DNA of 64,000 nucleotides from Alphaproteobacteria bacterium (lineage in GTDB: Bacteria; Pseudomonadota; Alphaproteobacteria; RF32; CAG-239). Made by a program: the position numbers and the translations under genes. The notes beneath the pieces are model-generated. The model was not told where the DNA came from and made no database searches. It worked only from the letters and a program-made list of their open reading frames with translations. Shown here one piece after another: positions 9,770 through 19,769 of the stretch. Positions within the stretch are counted from its first letter, which is position 1; the number at the start of each line of letters is the position of its first letter. Location of the stretch: assembly GCA_044432975.1 (NCBI GenBank), contig JAWXUC010000003.1, forward strand, positions 1,491-65,490, read 5' to 3'.

Positions 9770-11346
9770 TATTGTCCTCTTTGTCTTTTGATATGTTCTT
9801 TATAAATGAAAGCTCTTAAAAGTCCGCCGTTGTCTTCGGGAATTTCTCTAAACTGTTGTTCTCTGGCTTGAGCTTTTTCTGAATACATTTCTTCTTCCTC
9901 GCCCTCTTCTTTATCGCTTTCTTTTCCTGGAGTTACAGGAGCTTCTTGTTGTTGAGCTGATTGTTTTTGCTTGTCTTGAGGGACGTCGGGGGCGTCGTCC
10001 CCTACATTGTTATTTTGTGAATCATCTTGATTATCTTGATTATTTTCAGAATCTTTAGATTGCTCATTATTTTGTTTATTATCATCATCTTGATTATTCT
10101 GATTTTGGTCTTGGTTATTTTGATCATCTTTTTGATTGTCATCTTGTTTTTGCTCTTGTTGTTTGTTTTGTTGTTGATTATCTTGATTTTTATCACTTTG
10201 ATTTTGTTTGTTTTGCTCATCTTGATTTTTATCTTGATTTTCATCTTGATTGTCTTGATTATTTTGGTTTTGTTGTTGCTGATTTTGCTGTTGTTGTTTT
10301 AAGTATTCTAAATTAAACTTTGCATCTTCATGACTTGGATTTTTTGCTAAAACGCTTTCATATTTTTTTATTGCGCCTTCAATATCTCCTGATTTTGCTA
10401 GAGCGTTTCCTTGATTGTATTCATCTGAAAACAAATTAACGGCATTTTTATAATCGCCACTTTTATACATACTTGATGCTTGCCAATCTTTATTTTTAAA
10501 TGTTTGTGTTGCTGTTTGATAATCTCCTACTTCAAAAGATTTTAATCCTTCTTGATTGGCGTTTAAAAACAAACCAGCATTTGCATTAAAACTAAACAAT
10601 AACAAAAAAGCAAACAGACCTCTTCTAAAAAAATATAAACAAATTAAAGCTGGCAAAATTAAAAAATAATATCCACAATCTGCCCATTCTATTGTTTTGT
10701 TTGAGCTTTCTTTTAAATCTGAGGTTTTACTATTCAAGCCATTTATAAACCCCTGAACATCAACATTTTCATTATTACTCAAAACAATAATCTGTCCATT
10801 ATTAAACCCTGCATCAATCAGTTTTTGTTTTGCATATTGCTTTGCCTTATTAATATCGTTGCCATTTGTTGGCATGATAGAATGATTAACCTGTCCTAAT
10901 AAATTGGCAATAACATTTTTATCTTCTGTTATTGGAGAAATTAAAAAAGGCTCATTTGTATAAACCACCAATCCTAAAGATAAGTTTTTGGTTTCTGAAA
11001 TTAAATCTTGAATTGTAAATTTAAATTTATCTAAATCTTCTGGCGTTGTATCGCTTGATAAATCAAGAGCCAACATCACGGCATTTTGTTCTGTATAATT
11101 TGGTATTTCTGTTTTTTTCCAACTTGGACCAGATATGGCAATAATCAACATAAAAACACCAATCAAGTTAACCCACCACTTTAACTGTTTTTTATTACCG
11201 CTTGTTTTTGCAGAAAGAAAAACTAATAGCTCTTTATCTACTATCTTTGACCATGCAGAATCATTTAATCCTGTTTTTTTAATAAATTTTACTAAAAAAG
11301 GAATAATCAATAACAATAATAAATACCAAGGACGAAGAAAAATCAT
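9769..11346 (-). CDS. BatB/BatC-like vWA + TPR protein with Q/N/D-rich linker
   Basis: FLRPWYLL, GPSW, vWA, YNQGNALAKSG TPR, IPEDNGGLLR. Confidence 0.8.
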   Translation of the reverse strand: MIFLRPWYLLLLLIIPFLVKFIKKTGLNDSAWSKIVDKELLVFLSAKTSGNKKQLKWWVNLIGVFMLIIAISGPSWKKTEIPNYTEQNAVMLALDLSSDTTPEDLDKFKFTIQDLISETKNLSLGLVVYTNEPFLISPITEDKNVIANLLGQVNHSIMPTNGNDINKAKQYAKQKLIDAGFNNGQIIVLSNNENVDVQGFINGLNSKTSDLKESSNKTIEWADCGYYFLILPALICLYFFRRGLFAFLLLFSFNANAGLFLNANQEGLKSFEVGDYQTATQTFKNKDWQASSMYKSGDYKNAVNLFSDEYNQGNALAKSGDIEGAIKKYESVLAKNPSHEDAKFNLEYLKQQQQNQQQQNQNNQDNQDENQDKNQDEQNKQNQSDKNQDNQQQNKQQEQKQDDNQKDDQNNQDQNQNNQDDDNKQNNEQSKDSENNQDNQDDSQNNNVGDDAPDVPQDKQKQSAQQQEAPVTPGKESDKEEGEEEEMYSEKAQAREQQFREIPEDNGGLLRAFIYKEHIKRQRGQ

Positions 11347-12311
11347 GAGTTTCTCCTTTGATATAAAACCATAAATAGAACGCTTAACACCAATGCCATT
11401 AAGGCTGGAATATAAAACATTTCTTTGGTTAAAACAAGAATTTTATCTTCATTATCTATTGGCTCTAGTTTATCAATTTCTTGATATGCTCTTGCTAGCT
11501 CATTTGCTGAAGATGCTTTAAAATATCTGCCTTTTGTTAAGTCTGCAATTTGTTTTAAGCTTTTTTCATCAAAGCCTTGAGAACCAAAAATAGAATTCAT
11601 AAAGTTTTCTTGATTACCAACACCGATTGTATATATTTTAACACCTTCTTCTTGAGCCATTTGAGTTGCCTGAGCAACAGAAATAAAGCCATCATTACTT
11701 TCACCATCAGTTAATAAAATCATTACTTTTTTATCTTTATCTGGTTCATCTTTTAAATATTTCAATCCCAAACCCAAAGCATCTCCGATTGCGGTTGATT
11801 CCCCTGCCATACCTGCTTCTGTTTTTGATAATATATCTATAACAGATTTTGTATCATAAGTTATGGGAGACTGCAAATATGCTCGAGTAGCAAACAACAC
11901 CAAACCAACTTTATCTCCTGTTCTGTTTTTGATAAATTGGCTTGCGATGTTTTTAACACCTGTTAATCTGTCTTGACGCCTTGCATTATAAACAAAATCT
12001 CTTTCTTGCATTGATGGAGAAATATCCATAATCATAACAACATTTCTGCTTTCTGAATTAATTTTAATAGGCTCTGACTTTATTACAGGACGCATCAATG
12101 CTAAAACTAAAAAAGCCCAAATAATAAACATATAAAAAAACTTTGAACTACCAGATTTAACACCACCTTGTCCTGAACCTAAACTTTGTAAATCTTTTAA
12201 AAAAGGAATCCGCAAAGAAGCTCCTAAGCTTTCTTTTTTTTGTGGTAAAATATGTTGTATAATTAAGGGCAAAAAAACGAGAACCCATAAATCAAAATAC
12301 AAAAAACTCAT
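11343..12311 (-). CDS. batA: BatA-like vWA-domain protein
   Basis: DISPSM MIDAS, TAIGDA, LLTDGESN. Confidence 0.85.
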   Translation of the reverse strand: MSFLYFDLWVLVFLPLIIQHILPQKKESLGASLRIPFLKDLQSLGSGQGGVKSGSSKFFYMFIIWAFLVLALMRPVIKSEPIKINSESRNVVMIMDISPSMQERDFVYNARRQDRLTGVKNIASQFIKNRTGDKVGLVLFATRAYLQSPITYDTKSVIDILSKTEAGMAGESTAIGDALGLGLKYLKDEPDKDKKVMILLTDGESNDGFISVAQATQMAQEEGVKIYTIGVGNQENFMNSIFGSQGFDEKSLKQIADLTKGRYFKASSANELARAYQEIDKLEPIDNEDKILVLTKEMFYIPALMALVLSVLFMVLYQRRNS

Positions 12312-12760
12312 AGATTTTCTCCTATAAATTTATAGGTAAAATGCTTTATGTTTTCAGCATTAACTTCTGTATATTTTGTATTGTCTTTATTTAAGTATGG
12401 AGCATTTATTAATAAATCCCAAGAATCCTTATCTAAATTAAATGAACATCTTGAATCTAAAAACTCTTGCCACTCTATACCTTTTAAATATAGGGCGTCT
12501 TTGTACTTATAAACACAAATTCTTCTTAAAACTTCTGAGCATGCAACAGCAAATAAGACCGGAGATTTTATATCTGCAGCATCGATAACTCTTTTTGCAT
12601 ATCTGCTTCTTGAATATTTTATGGCTTTTTTAATTACTTTATATATGACAATTAACAAAATTATTGCAGATAAAACAAAATACCACCCTATTGCTGGCGG
12701 AAAAAAAGAAACACCGTCTGGGAGGTGTATATCCCTTAATTCTGGCAAATTATCTTCCAT
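12308..12760 (-). CDS. DUF4381-like membrane protein (Bat operon)
   Basis: LRDIHLP...FPPAIGW motif plus TM; precedes batA. Confidence 0.75.
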   Translation of the reverse strand: MEDNLPELRDIHLPDGVSFFPPAIGWYFVLSAIILLIVIYKVIKKAIKYSRSRYAKRVIDAADIKSPVLFAVACSEVLRRICVYKYKDALYLKGIEWQEFLDSRCSFNLDKDSWDLLINAPYLNKDNTKYTEVNAENIKHFTYKFIGENL

Positions 12761-12804
12761 AAAAAACAATATAGAATATTTATAAAAAATATCAAGACTT
12801 GAGA

Positions 12805-13338
12805 TTAGTTTTGTGCATTATTAAAAATAGTTTTAATATAATCCACAACCTCTGGATTATCCCAATCTGCCTTACCTTTTATTTGGGCTATTAGACCTCC
12901 TGTAGGGCTTATTAAAAACATTCTGGGAGTTGAAAAAATTGCAAAATCTTCACCTATTTCATTGTTTTTATCTAAATAACTTTGCAAGTTATAACCTTTA
13001 TATTTATCTATAAACTCTTGACTTTCACTAGGCTTTTTCCATTCATTTTCTGATGATATCATCAGAAACATTGCACCTGTTGTATTATAAATATCTTCGG
13101 CAAATTTACTTAATTCATCCAGTCCTCTAACACATGGAACACAATTTCTTGACCAATAAAACATAACAATGGGCTTTGATTGAAAGTCTGCGATTTCATA
13201 TTTTTCTTCATTGATATCATAAAAAACAACATCAGAAACACTTGTCTGAATGTCATAAACATGTACATTTTCTTCTTGAGCAAAACAATTAAAAATGCAA
13301 AAATAAAAAACTATTAAAAAAATTGATGTTTTTTTCAT
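12805..13338 (-). CDS. TlpA/ResA-like periplasmic thioredoxin
   Basis: Signal peptide, WSRNCVPC, STP, G..DW. Confidence 0.8.
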   Translation of the reverse strand: MKKTSIFLIVFYFCIFNCFAQEENVHVYDIQTSVSDVVFYDINEEKYEIADFQSKPIVMFYWSRNCVPCVRGLDELSKFAEDIYNTTGAMFLMISSENEWKKPSESQEFIDKYKGYNLQSYLDKNNEIGEDFAIFSTPRMFLISPTGGLIAQIKGKADWDNPEVVDYIKTIFNNAQN

Positions 13339-13404
13339 ATGTTAACCTTTTTTCAAGTTATATAATATTATAATAAGGTTAAATTATAATTAAAGAGAGG
13401 TTTT

Positions 13405-13524
13405 ATGGTAAGATATATTTTGGTTTTGTCTTTAATAATGTTTAGTTTGTCTGGATGCGGAAAAAAATCTGCACCAATGCCTATTGAAGGCTCTGGATAT
13501 CCACACACATACCCTAGGATGTAA
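13405..13524 (+). CDS. Small lipoprotein, 39 aa (LptM/YifL-like)
   Basis: RBS GAGG; MVRYILVLSLIMFSLSGCGKKSAPMPIEGSGYPHTYPRM*; lipobox LSGC; below the ORF track cutoff. Confidence 0.75.
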   Translation: MVRYILVLSLIMFSLSGCGKKSAPMPIEGSGYPHTYPRM

Positions 13525-13527
13525 AAT

Positions 13528-14214
13528 ATGGCTGATACTTTATTTGAAAACGACATGATTCCCTATGTTGAATTTGCTGATAATGCAAATGAACGTACTC
13601 CTTGCGTATTAGTTTTAGACTGCTCTGGTTCTATGAGAGGAGAACCTATTGAGCAACTTAATATTGGTCTAAAAGCACTTGAACATGAGCTTAAAGAAGA
13701 TATTGATGCTTCTTCTAGAGTGCAACTGTTAATCATTAAAGCTTATGGCAAAGACGAATGCGAGATTTCTGCTGATTGGATTGATGCCATGAATTTTGAA
13801 GCACCTAAAATGGAAGCTAATGGTTTAACTCCTCTTGGAAAAGCAGTTGATTTGGCACTAAAGAAAATTGAAACACAAAAAGTTTTGTATGATAATTGCG
13901 GAATAACATCTAAAAGACCTTGGATATTTTTAATTTCTGATGGTGAGCCAACAGATTATGATTGGGAAATAATTGCAAAAAAAGCAATAAAAGCTCAAGA
14001 ACAAAAAAAGGTTGTTATTCACGCTGTTGGCACAAAAGACGCTAACCTTGAAAAGCTTGCAAAATTTTCTATTATGCAACCTAAAAGACTTTCTGGTTTG
14101 CGCTTTACAGAATTTTTCTTGTGGCTGTCTCGTAGTGTGTCTTGTATTTCTAAGGCTTCACCTTCAACATCTGATCAATTAGACGATATAGGCGACTGGT
14201 ATGAAGAAGAATAG
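13528..14214 (+). CDS. terY: TerY-like vWA protein
   Basis: LVLDCSGSM, TPLG, RPWIFLISDGEPTD, FFLWLS. Confidence 0.85.
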   Translation: MADTLFENDMIPYVEFADNANERTPCVLVLDCSGSMRGEPIEQLNIGLKALEHELKEDIDASSRVQLLIIKAYGKDECEISADWIDAMNFEAPKMEANGLTPLGKAVDLALKKIETQKVLYDNCGITSKRPWIFLISDGEPTDYDWEIIAKKAIKAQEQKKVVIHAVGTKDANLEKLAKFSIMQPKRLSGLRFTEFFLWLSRSVSCISKASPSTSDQLDDIGDWYEEE

Positions 14215-14923
14215 TCATCATAATGTTGCAATTTCTGTTAAAGGAAATAAAAATACCAAACAAGATTTGCCTTGTCAGGACTTTTTTGTTTTTCATTGTT
14301 GTGGACACAAGACTTGGGGAATCGTTTCTGACGGTGCCGGCAGTGCAATTCATGCTAAAATTGGGGCTAAAATAATTTGCAACACTATAAATGACCACTT
14401 ACACCATGCTTCAATCACAAATGTTAAAGAAAAAATTATTGAAGCAATTGAAGATGCAAGAAAAAAAATAATCCGCCACAGGCTTAATAAAGAAAAAAAC
14501 TTAAAAGATTTTGCAGCAACTTTAATTGGCTTTTTTTATCATAATAAAGAAGGAATTATGTTTCATATTGGAGACGGTGCTGGAATCGGTTTAGATAAAG
14601 AAAAAAACACAACCATTTCTACTCCTCATAATGGCTATTTTGCTTGTGAGACATTTTTTTATACAATGGATGATTGGAAGTCTCACCTTAGATTTACAAA
14701 AATAAAAAATCTAAAATCCATCTTTTTATTAACCGACGGAATCACCCCTTTTGCGCTTGATGGAAACAAATTAAGAGAAAACTTTTTATTACCTATTGAT
14801 GATTACTTTTGTTCTAACAAAACTAAAGCGCAAAAGATGAGATCTTTAGAAAAAACTTTAGATAATGAAAAAATTAGAAAACTAAACTCTGATGACAAAA
14901 CTCTATTGTGGTGTGAATTATGA
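14201..14923 (+). CDS. PP2C-like Ser/Thr phosphatase
   Basis: PCQD, VSDGAGSA, HIGDG, LTDG, DDKT. Confidence 0.85.
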   Translation: MKKNSHHNVAISVKGNKNTKQDLPCQDFFVFHCCGHKTWGIVSDGAGSAIHAKIGAKIICNTINDHLHHASITNVKEKIIEAIEDARKKIIRHRLNKEKNLKDFAATLIGFFYHNKEGIMFHIGDGAGIGLDKEKNTTISTPHNGYFACETFFYTMDDWKSHLRFTKIKNLKSIFLLTDGITPFALDGNKLRENFLLPIDDYFCSNKTKAQKMRSLEKTLDNEKIRKLNSDDKTLLWCEL

Positions 14924-16362
14924 AATATAACGCATTATATGCAGATTTAACGTGTAAAGAAATTGAACTTGATGTTCAAATTCATCGTGGTGGAGCTTCT
15001 GGTAAAATCTGTCATATTAAAAATATGCCAAATAAAGTTGCAAAAATTTTTCATACAAATAAAAATTCTGCAATAAATAGAGCAAAGCTTGAAGCTATGT
15101 TATTAAACCCGCCTGCAATTGAAGATATAAATAAAGACGGAGAAACTTTTTGCCAAATTGCATGGCCAGAAGCTGTTCTTGAAGATGAAAATGGATTTTG
15201 TGTTGGCTATATTATGCCGTTAATAAACTTAGAAAAAGCGGTATCTCTTGACCATTTAATGCAAAAAGCTGTTAGAAAAAAACTCAACCTTTCAGAAAAA
15301 TATGTATATAGAATGTTTGCAGCATATAACGTCGCCTCTATTGTGGCAGAGCTACACAAGAAAGGACATTTTATAATAGATTTAAAGCCCTCTAATATAT
15401 ATGTTTATAAAGACAATATGTTTGCGTGCCTTTTGGACTGCGATGGATTTTCGATTAAAGGAGAAAAAAACAATCGTTACCCAGCTGAATTTGTTTCTGA
15501 AGAATACATATTGCCCGAAGGCATTAAAATGAGTGTTGATGAAATGAATATAGAGCAAGATAAATTTGCTTTATCTGTTTTAATATTTAAATTATTAAAC
15601 AACGGAATTCATCCTTTTGCAGGTTCTCCTCATAAAAGAGATACAAAACTATTAAGTATTCAAGATAGAATATTTAATTATAATTATCCTTATGCTTTGT
15701 TTCCTGACAAATATCAAGCGCCTCACCCATATTCTATGCACCAATATTTTGACAAACAAACACTTGATATGTTTGATGCTTCTTTTGGTGAAAACACCAA
15801 GCGTCCTAGCGCTTTTGAATGGCAAAAACACTTAAGAGATATTATATCTCAAGTTAAAACTTGTAAAAAAAACAAAAACCACAATTTTTGGACTAATAAA
15901 GGATGTGGCTTATGTGCTGTTGATAACAAGTTCTTTCATAATATGAACGAGAAAAAAGAAGAAAAAGAAAAGCAAAAACTTATTAGAGGTATGGAAGCAA
16001 AAGAGCTGACCACAGAACGTATCGAAGAAAACAAACGATTAGAAAAAAAACAAGAAAAACAAAAAAACTATTTATCTGCTTTTTTATACCTTTTTTATAT
16101 ATTATTGCTGGGAGGTTTTTATAACTTTGTCTCTCCATTTTCAGACAGCATTAAAAGCATCGGCTTAAGCGGACAAATTATGTTTGTGGTTTTAATATTA
16201 ATGATTATAAATATTTTAATTTATAAATTTGAAAAAAACATAACACTGTTAGAAAAGCAAAACATCAAAATCATCATGCAAACTTATGCTTTTGTTTGTT
16301 TTATTATAAGCTTTTTTGTAATTAACAATATTGATTTTAGCTTTTTGAAATTAATCTTATAG
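14920..16362 (+). CDS. Ser/Thr kinase (TerY-P type) with C-terminal TM helices
   Basis: GGASG, VAK, DLKPSN, DCDG, DKFAL, HPF; CGLC motif; three hydrophobic C-terminal segments. Confidence 0.8.
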   Translation: MKYNALYADLTCKEIELDVQIHRGGASGKICHIKNMPNKVAKIFHTNKNSAINRAKLEAMLLNPPAIEDINKDGETFCQIAWPEAVLEDENGFCVGYIMPLINLEKAVSLDHLMQKAVRKKLNLSEKYVYRMFAAYNVASIVAELHKKGHFIIDLKPSNIYVYKDNMFACLLDCDGFSIKGEKNNRYPAEFVSEEYILPEGIKMSVDEMNIEQDKFALSVLIFKLLNNGIHPFAGSPHKRDTKLLSIQDRIFNYNYPYALFPDKYQAPHPYSMHQYFDKQTLDMFDASFGENTKRPSAFEWQKHLRDIISQVKTCKKNKNHNFWTNKGCGLCAVDNKFFHNMNEKKEEKEKQKLIRGMEAKELTTERIEENKRLEKKQEKQKNYLSAFLYLFYILLLGGFYNFVSPFSDSIKSIGLSGQIMFVVLILMIINILIYKFEKNITLLEKQNIKIIMQTYAFVCFIISFFVINNIDFSFLKLIL

Positions 16363-16465
16363 CATTTACTTTTAATTAATTTTTTATGTATAAACTACTA
16401 TTGTTCAACAAGTTAATCTATTAAAACACAATACTTTAACTATATAAAATAAAAAGGGGAAAAAA

Positions 16466-16747
16466 ATGAAAAAAATTACTTTATTGTCAGTATTAACAAT
16501 TCTTTTATTAGCTTCTTATAACGCTAATGCACAAACAACTACAGATATTGATGCTACATCTACTTACAGCACTAGAGCACAATCAGATGAAGCTAATGCA
16601 GGTGCTACAAAAGATTCTACAACTATAACCGCAAATGAAAATGGTGAAAAAGTAAAAATAAAAAGAACTTATAACCCTGACGGAACAGTAACTATAACTG
16701 AAGAAATAATAACAGAAGATAACTTAGACCCTTCTATTGCTAGATAA
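16466..16747 (+). CDS. Small secreted Thr-rich protein
   Basis: Signal peptide ending ANA-Q; followed by hairpin terminator. Confidence 0.65.
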   Translation: MKKITLLSVLTILLLASYNANAQTTTDIDATSTYSTRAQSDEANAGATKDSTTITANENGEKVKIKRTYNPDGTVTITEEIITEDNLDPSIAR

Positions 16748-16854
16748 GAAATATATTAGAGCATTTCACAAAAACCTATTTTATTTGATAAAATAGGTTT
16801 TTTTAAAACTTTTTAAACGAGCCGTCGTTATACTATATGTAAGGAGTTATAAAA

Positions 16855-17106
16855 ATGACAAATAATATTTCAGACTTATTAGCAGAGGCTAAACCATATT
16901 ACTTTAAGAAGAAAAGGCAAAAGAAAATTATTGCTTCGGTTGCTTCTACTTTAAGTGTATTGACTATTGTCTTTTGCCTGTCTTTTAATCAGACTAATTA
17001 CGATTATCTTTATTATACTGATGCGCAGTTAGATGAAATTGCGTTTGGCTCTAATATTGAAAGTTATGGCTTTGATGTTGATGAATACGGATTTTTAGAG
17101 GTGTAA
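16855..17106 (+). CDS. Small single-TM protein, possible anti-sigma factor
   Basis: One TM helix; 4 nt upstream of the ECF sigma gene. Confidence 0.5.
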   Translation: MTNNISDLLAEAKPYYFKKKRQKKIIASVASTLSVLTIVFCLSFNQTNYDYLYYTDAQLDEIAFGSNIESYGFDVDEYGFLEV

Positions 17107-17110
17107 AAAA

Positions 17111-17596
17111 TTGCAAAATCTTATAAAAACTCATTCTAAATATATAAAATCAATCATCAGAAATATTACGGGGCAAAGCAACGAAGATATTGAACAAGAA
17201 GTTTATATCAAAGCGTGGCAACATCAAGAAGACTATAAAGATGAAGGCAAGTTAAAAAACTGGTTATCAGTTATTACAAAACACACTTGTTTTGACTACA
17301 TAAAGTCAAGTAAACAAAAAGTTTTTTCAAACTCTTGTGAACTTGATGAAGAAAGACTAACAAATAAATCTAACGCTTTTGAAGAATATTCTCAAAAGCA
17401 AAGGCAAAAAATTATCTTAAAAGAAATTTATAAACTACCAAAAGATTTATCAAAAATTATTATATTATATGAATTTGAAGGGTATAAATATGATGAAATT
17501 GCAAACAAACTCAAAACATCTGTACCTCAAATAAAAAACAAATTACACAAAGCCAGAAAAATTTTGGCCGAAAACTTAAAATTTTTGAAAGGATAA
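17111..17596 (+). CDS. ECF RNA polymerase sigma factor
   Basis: EDIEQEVYIKAW, WLSVI..H.C.D, region 4 YDEIA..L. Confidence 0.88.
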   Translation: MQNLIKTHSKYIKSIIRNITGQSNEDIEQEVYIKAWQHQEDYKDEGKLKNWLSVITKHTCFDYIKSSKQKVFSNSCELDEERLTNKSNAFEEYSQKQRQKIILKEIYKLPKDLSKIIILYEFEGYKYDEIANKLKTSVPQIKNKLHKARKILAENLKFLKG

Positions 17597-17601
17597 AAAT
17601 A

Positions 17602-18126
17602 ATGAAAAAAACAATTTTAGTATCTATCTTAACATCTGCTATAACCAGTGGTATTTTAGTTGGAGCTTACACAATAACAACTCCTAAAGGACCTCACCAC
17701 AAACCTGCCCACAAAGAAATGAGAGCTGATAATCATAGAAAAGATTTTAAATGTGATAAAAACAAAAAACATGCAAAATTTGAAGACAAAAGAGCTCATG
17801 AAGAAAGGTTAGCAAAAAAGCTTAAACTAACTTCAGAACAAAAAGATAAACTAAACAAAGCTAAAAAAGAATCTATGGAAGAAATGAAAGTATTAATGGA
17901 TGAAATGAGAGATTTGAGAGAAAAAATGGACGACTTAAGAAAAAAAGATAGAATTGCTTTTGAAAAAGTTTTAACTCCTGAACAAAAAGCTGAATTTGAA
18001 AAAATTAAAGCCGAAAAAAAAGGTAAAAAAGAATATAAAGGTGAAAAAGTTAAGGGCGAAAGAAAAGCTCCAAAACCTGAAACTCGTAGAGGTGAGCCAA
18101 GACCTAAAGGTGAGCCAAGAAGATAA
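17602..18126 (+). CDS. Spy/CpxP-family periplasmic chaperone
   Basis: LKLTSEQK and VLTPEQK LTxxQ motifs. Confidence 0.8.
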   Translation: MKKTILVSILTSAITSGILVGAYTITTPKGPHHKPAHKEMRADNHRKDFKCDKNKKHAKFEDKRAHEERLAKKLKLTSEQKDKLNKAKKESMEEMKVLMDEMRDLREKMDDLRKKDRIAFEKVLTPEQKAEFEKIKAEKKGKKEYKGEKVKGERKAPKPETRRGEPRPKGEPRR

Positions 18127-18233
18127 TCCAAAACTAAAGATTAGCAATCTGCCTCTCAAATGGCATATTGTTTTTAAATCTTTTTTAACTTTAACTATTT
18201 AATATTAAGCTAATTTTAATGAAGGAGAAATCA

Positions 18234-18569
18234 ATGAAAAAAACAATTTTACTATCTCTTTTAACTATTGGATTCTTAAATACTTATAATGTAAATGCTC
18301 AAACAACAAATTCAACAACAGAGCAAAGACAAAATGATGAAAATAGGCCTCCTAGACCTCCTAGAGGTGAAAATGGACAAGACGGACAACAAAGACCTCC
18401 AAGAGGAGAAGCTTCTAAAAACGAAGAACAAAGACCTACTAGACCTCCTAGAGGTGAAAATGGACAAGACGGAGAAAACAGACCTCCTAGACCTCCTAGA
18501 GGAGAAAACGGACAAGACGGAGAAAATAGACCTCCTAGGGGTGAAGAAACATCTTACAGGCAAAACTAA
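18234..18569 (+). CDS. Secreted low-complexity repeat protein
   Basis: Signal peptide; repeated RPPRPPRGENGQDG units. Confidence 0.65.
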   Translation: MKKTILLSLLTIGFLNTYNVNAQTTNSTTEQRQNDENRPPRPPRGENGQDGQQRPPRGEASKNEEQRPTRPPRGENGQDGENRPPRPPRGENGQDGENRPPRGEETSYRQN

Positions 18570-18621
18570 TTAGATTTACAAAGCTACAACTTCATGATAC
18601 AAAGTTGAAAAAGGAGAAAAA

Positions 18622-19233
18622 ATGCCTGAAATAAAATTTTGCATTTGGGATGTAGGGCAAGTTATGTATAAATATAGCTTAAACCCTCTATATGAATACT
18701 GTGAAAAACGCACTACCAATTTAGATGAATTTAATAACAAAAAAGGTAAATTCTCCTACGACGAATATATGAAAGGCAATACAGAATGGAATGACTTCTG
18801 CCAACAACTTTGCGACTTTTACTATATTCCTTTTTCAAAAGATACTCAAGAAAACTTTAAAAATGCATTTATTTCAGGAATTGGAGAATATTTTTCCGAA
18901 ACAATCGATGTTATAAAACACTTAAACTCTATTAATATTGAAAACGGGATGCTATCAAATGCTTTACCCATATTAACAAACACAAATAAAAACAGATTTT
19001 TAATGAAATCTGAATATATTTTTAGATCTGGAGAGATAGGACTATTGAAACCAGACGAGAAAATTTATAAATTCTTAATTGAAAAATTAAATTGTAAACC
19101 TGAGGAAATCATCTTTGTTGATAATGAAGAGAAAAACGTTATTGCAGCTCAAAAACTTAAAATAAATGGAGTTGTATTCAATCACGAAACAATAAAAAAT
19201 GATATTCAAAAAATTATCAATAACAAACCATAA
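18622..19233 (+). CDS. HAD-family phosphatase
   Basis: WDVGQV, LSN, KPD, IFVDN. Confidence 0.8.
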   Translation: MPEIKFCIWDVGQVMYKYSLNPLYEYCEKRTTNLDEFNNKKGKFSYDEYMKGNTEWNDFCQQLCDFYYIPFSKDTQENFKNAFISGIGEYFSETIDVIKHLNSINIENGMLSNALPILTNTNKNRFLMKSEYIFRSGEIGLLKPDEKIYKFLIEKLNCKPEEIIFVDNEEKNVIAAQKLKINGVVFNHETIKNDIQKIINNKP

Positions 19234-19245
19234 TATAAAGTTATA

Positions 19246-19512
19246 TTATATTTTATTAAAATCTTCTTTTGCCTGAACAATTGCCTTATCATTTATAAAA
19301 AGCAAAAATTTTGGACCTGCTTTTTTAGTAAAAATAATTTTACACTCTTCCAATTTCTTAATATGAAAATTAATTGTCATTGTAGGTATTTTTAATTGGT
19401 CTACAATATCATTATAACACAAATTGCCATCATTAGATTTTATAAGTTTAATAATATCCAGCCTTGTTTTATGCGACAACATTTTCAAAACTTTAAATGA
19501 ATCATTATGCAT
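19246..19512 (-). CDS. ArsR/SmtB-family HTH regulator
   Basis: LSHKTRLDII...INFHIKKL. Confidence 0.75.
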   Translation of the reverse strand: MHNDSFKVLKMLSHKTRLDIIKLIKSNDGNLCYNDIVDQLKIPTMTINFHIKKLEECKIIFTKKAGPKFLLFINDKAIVQAKEDFNKI

Positions 19513-19555
19513 CTCAACCTCCTTTATCTTTTATGTTATTAATTTTATAATACTG

Positions 19556-19635
19556 GGTTACTAGGTTACTAGGTTACTAGGTTACTAGGTTACTAGGTTA
19601 CTAGGTTACTAGGTTACTAGGTTACTAGGTTACTA
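19556..19635. repeat. Perfect tandem repeat (GGTTACTA)x10
   Basis: Direct reading. Confidence 0.95.
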
Positions 19636-19710
19636 GTAATATAGTATAATAAAAATAAATGTCAACAAGAATAATTTAACGGTAGAAAGAATTTAGTAGT
19701 AGAAACAATA

Positions 19711-19769
19711 TAATGGTAGGAATAATGTAATGGTAGGAATAATGTAATGGTAGGAATAATGTAATGGTA
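19711..19769. repeat. 17-bp tandem repeat (TAATGGTAGGAATAATG)x3.5
   Basis: Direct reading. Confidence 0.9.

Noticed and set aside
10002-10302. I/K-rich and I/L-rich ORFs
   Set aside because: They are shadow frames of the low-complexity Q/N/D linker.
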